Source: Chrysomallon squamiferum
Taxonomy: Eukaryota > Animalia > Mollusca
Assembly (NCBI GenBank): GCA_012295275.1
Contig: CM022671.1
Location: 24,118,001-24,182,000 of the forward strand
Length of the DNA stretch: 64,000 bases
Direction: 5' to 3'
The position numbers were made by a program, and so were the translations under genes. The notes under the pieces were generated by a model. That model saw only the letters and a list, made by a program, of their open reading frames with translations, was not told where the DNA came from and made no database searches. Below are positions 43,202-54,873 of this stretch, piece after piece. Numbering within the stretch: position 1 is the stretch's first letter; each line of letters starts with the position of its first letter.

Positions 43202-46200
43202 ATGGAAATGAAATCCAGTATTTACATCATTTTTGTCTTGATTCTTTCAATGGCTCAAGGTAAGATTAAGGTACAATACATTGATATTCTGTAACATAGA
43301 TATTCTGTAAAATACATCTTTAATGTTTGTTAGTGATTTGTTTGATAATTTAATTCTTAATGATTTCTGTACTGTTGATAATTTTTGTATGATGCTGCTG
43401 ATGTTGATGGTGGTAATTAATGTAATAATGAAATTGTTACTGATAATATTAATGATAACAATTCTGTTGTCGTTAATGATTATGGCGCAGACAATGTCTG
43501 AAATGTGTCGTTCTCGTATTGTTTGAAAAATCCAGCAGAAAAAGAAAATAATAATCCTTTTTCGTTCTTTAAATGTCTTATTTTTATTATCTGATTTTTC
43601 AGCTTTTCTGTATTAATAATTTTTAAAAGGTCTTCATGCATGCTTGATTCTAAATAGAAACGTTTATTTATGATTTTTATTTTTTTCACTTTTTTATTCT
43701 TTAAGTTCATTCTGTCTTTGAATGCAAATCATTCTGCACTAGAAAACATTGCTATCTTCAACAATAATCACTTAAATGACAATCAAAATTCTGGATAAAC
43801 AAAATATGGAGGAACTTTTAACTGGTATTGATAAGTTATGTCAGATTATGTCCGGTATGAATTCATATCTTCAAGCAAGTACACTATTATTTAATCAGAT
43901 TATCACTGATGTAAAACGAATGAAATTCAAAATAAATTATTGCTTAATATGTTCCATTATCTAATTGAACCTAAACTTAAATAAAAGACGACTAAATTAA
44001 AGACGTTTATTTTAGTTTTAATCACAGAAACTGTATGTAGAAAAAAGAGGGGAAAAATCACCCTTCAATTTGTTCTGAATTAATGAAGAACGTTGAAGAG
44101 TAATAATTCATTGGTTAGACCAGAAACACTGGTATCATTCTAAATTGTAGAAAAATGAAACTATAAACCTTTCAACAAAATAAATAAATAAATAAATAAA
44201 ATAACGTAAAATCAAAATAAAGACGAAATAAACTTTTAATTTTATTAACTGTATAAATAGCATTATAGATGAGATACCTGTTATGTCTATATACATCATG
44301 CATATTAAATATATAATTATATTTTTATAAAACCAAATTACATATTTAGTGTTTAATTGCTGGTTTTAATTGCTCGGCCATAACCTCTATTCGACAAGAT
44401 ATTTTTATGAATAGAAAATGTTACTTAATAACCAATTTTATCTGGAAAAAAAGGGATGATTATGTTTCATAAACTAACTCAAATTATTATTTATTGATTA
44501 AATGAACAAAAATAATATCGCAGAAATATTTTTCAAACACAGTTTATACTGAAATGCACATACATACATATCATCGGCGTATGTTTATAATACACTGGCC
44601 CACAAGGATATTTGAAAGACTGAAAATAAATGTTTGTTGTCTGTCAATTTTATGCTTCAAAGGTGTCGGTAAACAAATATAATTAACAAGAGTATCGCAT
44701 AACAAACTGCAATATTCAGTTAATAAACATAAGTTGAACAATGCAGAAATTGTTTTATATCACAGCCCGCATTTCAAGTGATTAAGAAACGGTGGACTTT
44801 ATAAGAGATAATACGGTAATAAATATTAATAAACTTTGAGTATATAATAAATAATATACAATAAGTACTTTTATTAAGTCACCGAAAAAGTAATAATAAT
44901 TATATGTGACCAATGTTTGAGATATTATAATAATAAAATAGGACCTCTTGTAAGTCATAACAGTTCGACATTTTCAAATTTCAGATTAATCAAATTTGTT
45001 TCTTGTTAAAATATCTAAAATAAAAAAATAAACATTTTTGCGACAAAACTACCGAGAATTTGAAACTGTTATGGTCTTGATTATGAATTTTACTAATTTC
45101 GCCAAGGATTTTTTGTAATAATTAAATAAGATATATATTTTTTAAATTTCCATTTCTCATTAATATAATAATATTTAATTAGCTGCTATTATTAATTACT
45201 CAGAGTATAAATTAATACATAGTAAAACAGATTTGTTGTGCTAAAAGTGCGATTCACAAATCGACAACATTATTATTCGAATTAGCGCTGTCCTCTTAAA
45301 GGACATCATTAACTGTAATGATTTCATTCCAGTTACAATCTTAGATGTTATTACAAGTGTGCATCGATGGTTATGCTTTATTTAATATGTAGATCTGACT
45401 CCATAATTGTTTTTATTTCAGACAGTGATTCTGTGAATGTAGCCTTTGAAAAACCCAGTTTTATGAGCAGCATTTTCTTGGAGTATTTTGCAAAATACGC
45501 CGTTGATAGCAACACTGGTACTGATCTTCTTAATGACAAATGTGCCCACTCTGATGTGAGCGACATGAAACCCTGGTGGATGGTGGACTTACAAGGGACA
45601 TTTCTTATAAACCACGTAGAACTGAAAAACAGAGGAAAAAACAAGTGTGAGTAGAAACTATAACAAGTTTATTTAAATGCATATATACGTTTATACATAT
45701 ATACATACCCACATACATGCATTCATTACTGATGTCTTCATAACATAATATTCCAAGAAATGCTCTTGTTGTCTTGATGGCAGAGTGGTATCGCAGGAGT
45801 CTGGGCGAATGGGTGTTATCTAACGTTTGTGCCAATGCGTTCCCTAATAATTAGACGCGGTACGTAACACACAAAATACTCATACCTAAATACATACATT
45901 TACATACATACATTCATAATCACATATTATCGATGTCTTCATAACATAATATCTCATTAGTGAAATGCACCGCAGATAGTTGAAATAACATGATTATTAT
46001 TATTTTCTTTCAATGAATGTTTTTGTTTTATTTCACTGTTTTACAGGGGAGAGACTACACAGTTTTGTTATTGAAATATTGAATCAAAACCCACAACACT
46101 GTTATGCGGCCACTTCTCAAGTTTGCGTAAATTACACTGGTGAGCCGCTAGGAAAGGCGGAAACTAAAATGTTTACATGCACGAATCCACTGAAAGGTCG

Positions 46201-47102
46201 TTTTGTCAGAATAATGAAATGGAAAATGAACAGTGACGACGACTGCCTGACTCTGTGTAACGTTCAGGTCTTTGGTGATACGGATACTGACTTAGGTAAC
46301 TGAAGTTGGTAATCTTGCAATTTAGGTCTACATCCCTTGTCAGAAAATTTCTTACCTAATATTTTGCTACGGTACTTTTGTATTTGTATTACTGCTAGTG
46401 GAGAGCAAAATGAACAAACAAACCTTTGCTTCTCATGCTTTTCAAATGAACCAGTTTTTCTCACACTGACAGACGCAGCCGTGCACTCGCTTTGACTGGT
46501 GTACGCAAAAAAAGTGTTCTTTCCGACCAAAACTAGTCTAGTGAGTGGCTTCGATCTATTTCTGCGAAAGTACATACTTTTCTAAAACAATATTTTGTTT
46601 GTTTCGGCTGATAAACGAAACTGATTTGAAAGTAAAAAGATATATATTTTTCGTAAAAACAGATGTGCGCCGCTCATTATAATAGTTTCCGTTATAAGGA
46701 ATACGTATTTTGTATTGTAGAATATATTCATTAAAATCTATTCTAACGCTTTGAACGTTCTAGCCTAGCTTTAAAATTGAGTTATACAAATAATATTGTA
46801 GAATCTTATTACCAAATTACTGAATTTTTATTAATATTATGTTTATTTTTCTTGTAGAATACGTTCAGCAAAACTTTTTCCAGCGCGAAAAAGGAACTCG
46901 CTTGAAAACGCAGTTTTCTGAATTTGTTTCTAAAACGAACAATACTATAGAATGTGCAAAATACTGTGGAATGAAAACAGACTGTTTGGCTTTTAACCAC
47001 AATGCTAACACAAACGACTGTGAATTGATCTTTACTCTAGCAGAGAACGACACAAAAGAGATGGATACCTCTTGGAGTTATTACAGATCAAATTTATGTT
47101 GA
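43202..47102 (+). CDS. B2: secreted F-type lectin-PAN/apple protein, 258 aa. Exons 43202-43259, 45422-45646, 46047-46295, 46858-47102
   Basis: Leader MEMKSSIYIIFVLILSMAQ|GTAAG; 58+225+249+245=777 nt open. Variant motif RGKNKWER. Confidence 0.9.
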
Positions 47103-47177
47103 AACTGCAATCAGACTTTACTTTATTCTGTTTGGGGAAATACTTAGCTGTTGTATATTTGATCTGACGTATGAGAG

Positions 47178-47183
47178 AATAAA
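47178..47183 (+). terminator. Poly(A) signal of B2 (conserved: B3 54943-54948, B4 60972-60977, B1 29021-29026 on minus)
   Basis: AATAAA lies 70-76 nt after the stop in all four B genes. Confidence 0.6.
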
Positions 47184-47255
47184 GACTATTACTGTCTGCA
47201 CATTAGAACCTAAACGTCATTTGTTGTTCCTTTTGTCTATCAAGAAGTTAAAACG

Positions 47256-47358
<103 letters not shown>

Positions 47359-48960
47359 GCTTTTGTCTGTTAAATGATGACGAAGTTAATGATAATAACA
47401 ATTATTAGTATTTTCCTACTGAAGTATGGGCATTTCATCGGTAACGGACGTTTTTTATGACCCCCGGCAGAGCGGTTTGGAACCTGTGGCGTAATGCTAA
47501 ATACGACGGTCCACCATCCATTGTGACAACACCTCACATTTATATTTCATCTGAATTGAGCATGTCCACTGGTTACCTGTCCGTAGCTATATCATCTTGA
47601 ATTATCCTTAGCCAATGTACATTAAAGACATATTGGTGGAGGTGTTCAGGCCAAGCAGGATTCTAAGACCATAGAACCTACTAAGACTGGAAACAGCAAG
47701 AATCAGAACATATGATAAGAGATATTTTATTTACGCCTCTTAGAGTTTCTGAAAGTGGCTCCAAAATATTTCTTTCTAATCCACTTTTGCTACTATCTGG
47801 TCACTTTATCCACTCTGTTATATGATCAGTTTAGTCTATTCATTAATTTAAATAATATTTTTACATTAGCTCCATTATAGCTATATATTAGCACAGAACG
47901 TTTGTATTGATGTGTAGTCAAACCTTTTAAAACGTCTGTGTTGTCCTCATCTGATTTTGATGTTACAATGAGATTTTGAATAACTGCATGGACAAAATCT
48001 AAGTACTGACTCCTATATATCCCACTTCTTGACCACTTAGCTTGGAAAATCACAAGATGTATGCTTAATTATATACCATTTATATAGCACACTGTTATTA
48101 ACGAACGAATTTAAGAAGTAAAAAACTAATTTTTCCATAAGGAAAAGAAATGCATGACAGATATTTGTTTTGAAGTCATTCATATAAGGGAATCAATACA
48201 AAATCACGTGTTTTTTGAAATACAAAACAAGACGAAAACGAATGGGAAGGGAGTATTTAATTTATGCGAACGTTGGGATATTTTCTGATAAAATCAGGGT
48301 CCCACAAATAATTGATCAGTGAGCGTGAAATGCTTTCTGCTGCTTGTAATAATGTGCATTTTAAAAATCCTTAGCATTATTATTTTACAATAAAGTATTT
48401 CATAGAAAATAATCGTTATTAAAACGGAAATGATTTTAGTTTCGTTAAATACATATTCAGTCGATTAGTTTGTATATAACGAAATGTTTTTTCTCATTAC
48501 TTATTCACTTTCATATAAATTTTCAGAGAATAAAATACAAACAAGAAATAATGAATAGCTTTGATTTGATGAATGAACCATCAGTTATAATGACAATAAT
48601 TAAAACGTTATTCAATGTTTCCCTTAATAATATATAATATTTTCAAATCAGTAACCGTATAGAAATGTCAGTCTAATATACAGAATAGTTAATAAACTTT
48701 AAAAAATTATATACTGAATGTATTCAAATATTCGTTTGTTTTTTCTTTTAATTATTTTTCTTTCGTTTATTATTATTATTATTATTTTTTTTTTATCCTT
48801 TTTAAAACATTTGTAAGCACTTGCTGACGTTTAAGCCATGTGAAGCAAGAATTTATTTAACAATTCATTCTTTCATTTTTATTGTGGCACATCCATGACT
48901 CAAGGGAGATAAGAAAAAAATAAAAACGAATTTCATTATTTCTTTTTGCAAAGGGTCGAC

Positions 48961-49216
48961 ATATATAACAAATATGCTGTTAATGAAACCTACCATGTTG
49001 CAAAATTACCGCACAAAACAAATGTATGTAATTATGCAAAAAGCACCTACAGCAGTATTATCTACACAGCAGTTAAAAACGAGATGGATCAAGGGAGAAT
49101 CAAGGTAATATATATATACATCAAAACAGATATGAAAAGTATCATATCAAATTCTGCTACAAACACTTTATCATAGCACGACTCAAGTTTCAGTGATGGT
49201 GCCCGGTGACCTCTAC
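48961..49216 (+). repeat. Solo partial copy of the A-array ~460-bp sub-repeat between B2 and B3
   Basis: Close match to ~3148-3443 (atatgctgttaatgaaacctacc...gcccggtgacctct) with an internal deletion. Absent from the paralogous flanks downstream of B3 and B4. Confidence 0.85.
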
Positions 49217-49814
49217 GAAAGTGTGAAGAGGTATGATCATATTCTTTCTATTTCTCTTAGCACATAACAATGCAAAGTTTAAAAATATATCAGTCAGTCT
49301 TGAATTATTTGAGAGTCGAAACAGGTAAATATCCGTGCAATAACATCAATTTCAAATCTATCGGCAACATTTTCAAAAAATAAAAGTATGAAATAATTTT
49401 TCCCTGCTAATCTGAAACAATATTTTTTCCATTCCAAGAAAAATATAGAGTTTCACAAAGTAATCACAGATTTTGTGTTAAGATGACAATTAATGATAGG
49501 TAAAACGTACGGTGCAGTGTTCGTATGAAGGCCTTACGAAAAGTATGAACAGGTCTTCTATGTTAAAGGGAAGATGAAGAAAACGTCGCAGGCTTTCCCT
49601 GATTTCAATTATCCACAGATTTTGACACTTGGCCACAATACCAGTAAATTTGACAAATGATGGTATATTAAAATCAAGCAGATCTTTTTTCACAAATCAG
49701 CAGATTGTTTGATATTATGAAGGCAAAAAATAAAAGGACCAAATGCTGAAAATCCCGTGTCCACTTACTAGAAATAAGTTAAATATGATTTCGATCTATG
49801 TCGCAGTGCATGCT

Positions 49815-49960
<146 letters not shown>

Positions 49961-50757
49961 ATACACACAGTGAGATATAGAAACATGCATTTATGTATTT
50001 ATATATATATATATGTGTTCATGTACATGCGTATGGACTTGCGGTTTTTTAATTAAATTTAAAAATATTTTCCTAGATATATTACTTAATGGCTGTGAAA
50101 TCTTCTTGTACATCTGTTTTTTTAAAAATTAAGAGAAGAATATTAACGAATTCGAGAAAAAAATCAGAACGATTATAGAAATAAATAAAATTTGTAGTTT
50201 GTAGAAACATTTAATACAGTTTCTACTGAAATAATGAAAATAAGGACTATCATGATTTATCAAATGTTAAAGCTTCACAGACTCACAGATATACTTTAAC
50301 TGAAAGTATTAACTGAAGATAATCATGATTTTCAAGTGGTAATACCTCAGAGATTAAGTTTAACTGAAATCGTGATCTTCTTTTATTTACATGATAACCA
50401 CTTTCATATCCTTTTTTACTTTCTACAGTATTAGATCGAAAATGCTTTCATTGGCCACCGTCATTTATTTTCTTGTCATTAATGTACATCCAATGGTAAC
50501 TTTCTGACTTAATCAATAATTATTATATAAAACAGAGTGTTAGCTATATTCCGTATTGCTAATAGGATTATATCACCAGTGTTGTGTAACATTAACACCT
50601 AGTGCCAGTTAGCAACAATATTACAATATCAACGACACAAATAAAAAGCAGGTTTATTTATCAGCAAGATAAGTCAAATTATTATTATTAATAATTACGT
50701 GATTTGATGATTTTATTTCTACTTAGTATCTCTCTCAGAAAGGATATTAATCATAAA

Positions 50758-53199
50758 ATGGAAATAAAATCGAGTATTTACATCATTTTTGTCTTGATTC
50801 TTTCAAAGGTTAAAGGTAAGATTACGCGTCAGTATTTGAATATTCTGTAACATTTGAAAATACATCTTTAGTGTTTGTTAGTGGTTTGTTTGACAATTTT
50901 ATTCTCAATGATTTCCGTACTGTTGATAATTCTTTAATGTAGTAATGAAATTTTTAATGATGATGTTACTGATGACAATGTTGTTGTTGCTACTGATGTT
51001 GTTGTTAATGATTATGGCGCATATAATGTGTCTCACTCTTATTCTTTAACAAATCCAGTAGAAAAAGAAAATAATAATCCTCTTTGATTCTTTGAACATC
51101 GTGTTTTTATTATCTGAATTTTCAGTTTTTCTGTAATAATAATCTTTAAAAAGTTTTCATGCTTGATTCTAAATAGAAACGTTTATTTTTTATTCTCACT
51201 TTTTTCATACTTAGAATTCTTTCTGTCTTTGACTGCAAATCTTTCTGCACCAGAAAACATTGCTATCTTTCACAGTAATCACTTGACAGTCAAAATGAGA
51301 ATCAAAATCCCGAAAAATAAAAAATATGGAGGAACCCTTAATTATCAGATTATATTCGGTATGACATCATGTCTTCAAGCAACTACACAAGTATTTGAAA
51401 CAGATTATCATTGGTGTGAAACAAATGAAAGTCAAAATAAAGTCTTTTGCTTAATATGTTCCATTATCAAATTGAGCGTAAACTTAAATAAAAGGCGTTT
51501 ACTTCAGTTTTAATCACAGAAACTATCTGTAGAAAAAAGAGTGGAAAAATCACCTTTCATTTTGTTTCGGAGTCAATGAAGAACACTAATGAGTAGGAGT
51601 AATAATTCAGTGGTTAGACCAGAAATAGTGGTATAATTCTAAAGAATGAAAATATTAACCTTTCGACTAAATAACTAAATAAATAATCAAATAAAACAAA
51701 ACTAAATCGAATCAAAACTACATAAAGACGAAATTGCTTAGATAAATAAAATTAAAATTAATTTATAGTCGTAAATGTGCATCCAGTGGTGACTTTCTGA
51801 CTTAATCTATGATTACTCTACAAGCAGAGATTCTTGGCTATTTTATATCACAGTTTTATATCACCTGTACTTGGTGTCATTGACATCAGTTGCATGTGCC
51901 AGTTAACAAAGTGGTACATTATAAAGTATCAAAGTCGAGAAAAGAAACTGCGACGGACACGCCCGCTGACCTGTCAGAAAGCGTGCCCGTCGTAGACGTG
52001 CTTCACAACAGCTTGCTCTGATTAGCACGTTAATTTTTGTTCATTCATTCATTCAAAAGAAATTCTGAGCAAGATAAATCATAGCAGTATTAATAATTAT
52101 GAAATTTGATGAATTTATTTCTAATTAGTGCTTATTTGTGTAAAAGGTTATCATAAAGTGGAAACGAAATCCAGTATTTACATCATTTTTGTTTTGATTC
52201 TTTCAAAGGCTCCAGATAAGATTAACTTTGAATACTTCAATATTCTGTAACATTTGTAAAATACACCTTGAGTGTTTGTTACTGATTTGTTTGACAATTT
52301 TATTCTTTATGATTGCGGTGCTGTTGATAATATGTTTTATGACGATGGTGATATTAATGTTGATGGTAATAATTATAGTGCCACTGATGATTTAATAATG
52401 ATATTGTTATTGATGACTTTTTATGAGTACTATTTTGTTGAAGCTGCTGATGTTGTTGATAATGTCGTACCCTTGTTGTTTTTTTTCCACGTTTTTTATT
52501 CTGTAAATTCATTCTTGTTTGATTGGAAATCGTTCTGCACTAGAAAACATTGCAATCTTTAATAATAATCACTTAAATGACAATCAAAATTCCGCGTAAA
52601 CAAAATGTAGGAGAACTTTCTACTCGTTTCGATAACATTTGTCAGATTATATCCGGTATGAATTCATGGCTTCAGGCAAGAACACTATTATTTAGTCAGA
52701 TTATCACTGATGTGAAACGAATGAAAGTCAAAATAAATTCATTGCTTAATTATGTTTCATTATCAGTTTGAGCTTAACCTTAAATAAAGAACGAATAAAT
52801 TAAAAGACATTTATTTCAGTTTCAGTTAAGGAAAACGACAACGTAACTGTTTATATATCTGGTTTAATGCACGAAAAGTTGTAGGATCAATTTCTATCGT
52901 TCCCAGGTTAAATTATAATGTGCCTTTCTGTATATGAGGTGGTGCACATAACAGAAGCTCAGGCTGCTAATCCATTTGTGTTCACGATAGGCGTACTTAA
53001 ACAGTTCTGTGTCAAGTAAAAAAAGTACACCCAGTCACAATCTGTAACAGTATTACCACCTGTAATGTGCGGTTGCAGGTTTCCTCTCTGTAATTAAAAC
53101 TTTCAGTTGTGTCAAAAGCGTAATTCAAAGCCACTGTATCGACAACATTACTTTTAGAATTTGCGCTGTGATCTTAAATGGAATTATGTCTAATGATTT

Positions 53200-53255
<56 letters not shown>

Positions 53256-53586
53256 TCAGATAACGATTTTGTGAATTTAGCCTTTGAAAAGCCCAGTTTT
53301 ATGAGCAGCATTTTCTTGGAGTATTTTGCAAAATACGCCGTTGATAACAACAATGGTACTGATCTTATTAATGACTACTGTTCTCACTCTGATGTGAGCG
53401 ACATGAAACCCTGGTGGATGGTGGACTTACAAGGGACATTTCTTATAAACCAGGTAGAACTGACAAACAGAGGAGACGTTGTTTGTAAGTAGAAATGTAA
53501 CACTGGCATCTAATTTTCCATACTTACTGAAACACAGACATACATAGGCTTGGAAACATTCACAGAGATACATATATACATAATAC

Positions 53587-53617
<31 letters not shown>

Positions 53618-54873
53618 CATACATACATACATACATACATACATACATACATACATACATACATACATACATACATACATACTATATATACATAAATGCA
53701 CACATACATACATACATATTATCGGCGTTTTAATAACATGTAGACATGTGCAGGTGGTGGAAATAAAATATTTCATTTCACCTAAGCACCTTTTTTTTTT
53801 TTTTTTTTTTTCTGACTGTTTTACAGGGGAGAGACTACACAGTTTTGTTATTGAAATACTGAATCAAAACCCACAACACTGTTATGCGGCCACTTCTCAA
53901 GTTTGCGTAAATTACACTGGTGAGCCACTAGGAAAGGCGGAAACTAAAACGTTTACATGCACGAATCCACTGAAAGGTCGTTTTGTCAGAATAATGAAAT
54001 GGAAAATGAACAGTAAGGATGACTGCCTGACTCTGTGTAACGTTCAGGTCTTTGGTGATACGGATTCTGACTTAGGTAATTGAAGTTGTCAGCAGATTTC
54101 TTACTTAATATTGCTTCTAATGCTTTTCAAATCAACCAGTTTTCACCATGCTGACACAGGCAGCTATCATGTCGCCTTCAGTGATGTACACAACGAAATA
54201 TTCCTTTTAACCGAGTGTACTGAGTGGCTGCGATCTCTTTGTGGAAAAGTATATACCTTTTATTAAACAATATTTTGTTTATTTATTTCAATTCATTTAT
54301 AAATAAAACTGATGAGAAAGTAAAAAGTAATATACCTTTGCTAAAATATATATCGGCGCAGCTCTCCAGATTATTTTCCGTTACAAGGAATGTTGAGTTT
54401 GAATTGTTTTCTGTTGTAGATTATAGTCATCAAAATCTATTTCAGTGCGTTGCAGAAACTAGCGTTAAAATTCATAATAAAACCTCAAACTTTTACTTAC
54501 TGCAGTAGGATATGTTCATCATAATTTTATCCCGCGCTAACAAGGAAATAATCAGAAAATTAATAATGCGGAACCTTTATTACCAAATTATTTAAATTTT
54601 ATTAATATTTTATGTATTTTTCTTGTAGAATACATTCAGCAAAACTTTTTCCAGCGTGAAAAAGGAACTCGTCTGAAATCGCAATTTTCTGAATTTCTTT
54701 GTAAAACGAGGAATCCTCTAGAATGTGCAAAATACTGTGGTATGAAAATAGACTGTTTGGCTTTTAACCACAATGTTAAAACAAACGACTGTGAACTGAT
54801 CTTTAGTCTAGCAGAGAACGACCCAAAAGAGATGGATACGTCATGGAGTTATTACAGATCAAATTTATGTTGA
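50758..54873 (+). CDS. B3: secreted F-type lectin-PAN/apple protein, 258 aa. Exons 50758-50815, 53260-53484, 53827-54075, 54629-54873
   Basis: Leader MEIKSSIYIIFVLILSKVK|GTAAG; exons 2-4 open with canonical sizes; motif RGDVVWER. The nearer leader copy at 52158 is dead, so use of the 50758 exon is inferred. Confidence 0.83.
51948..52054 (+). mobile_element. 5'-truncated retroposon 3' end (107 bp) with stem-loop, (TTCA)n tail and 8-bp target-site duplication
   Basis: AAAAGAAA flanks it at 51940-51947 and 52055-52062. Hairpin at 51951-51992. Absent at the equivalent site of B4 (~57740) and B5 (~62215). Confidence 0.75.
52158..52215 (+). pseudogene. Inactivated duplicate of the B-type signal-peptide exon inside B3 intron 1
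   Basis: Aligns with the B2/B4 exon 1 but has ATG>GTG, second ATG>ACG, and donor GTAAG>ATAAG. Confidence 0.85.
52840..53095 (+). mobile_element. Degenerate copy of the same SINE in B3 intron 1
   Basis: 'ggtggtgcacataacagaagctcaggctgctaatcc..ttgtgttcacgata..caggtttcctctct' aligns with the reverse complement of ~35155-35320. Confidence 0.5.
53590..53681. repeat. (CATA)n microsatellite in B3 intron 2
   Basis: Direct reading. Confidence 0.95.

Noticed and set aside
45731-45950. tRNA gene or TSD-flanked insertion in B2 intron 2 (A-box-like tggcagagtggt; 19-bp direct repeat gatgtcttcataacataat)
   Set aside because: There is no B-box or cloverleaf. The direct repeat is better explained by a local duplication involving the adjacent (TACA)n tract.
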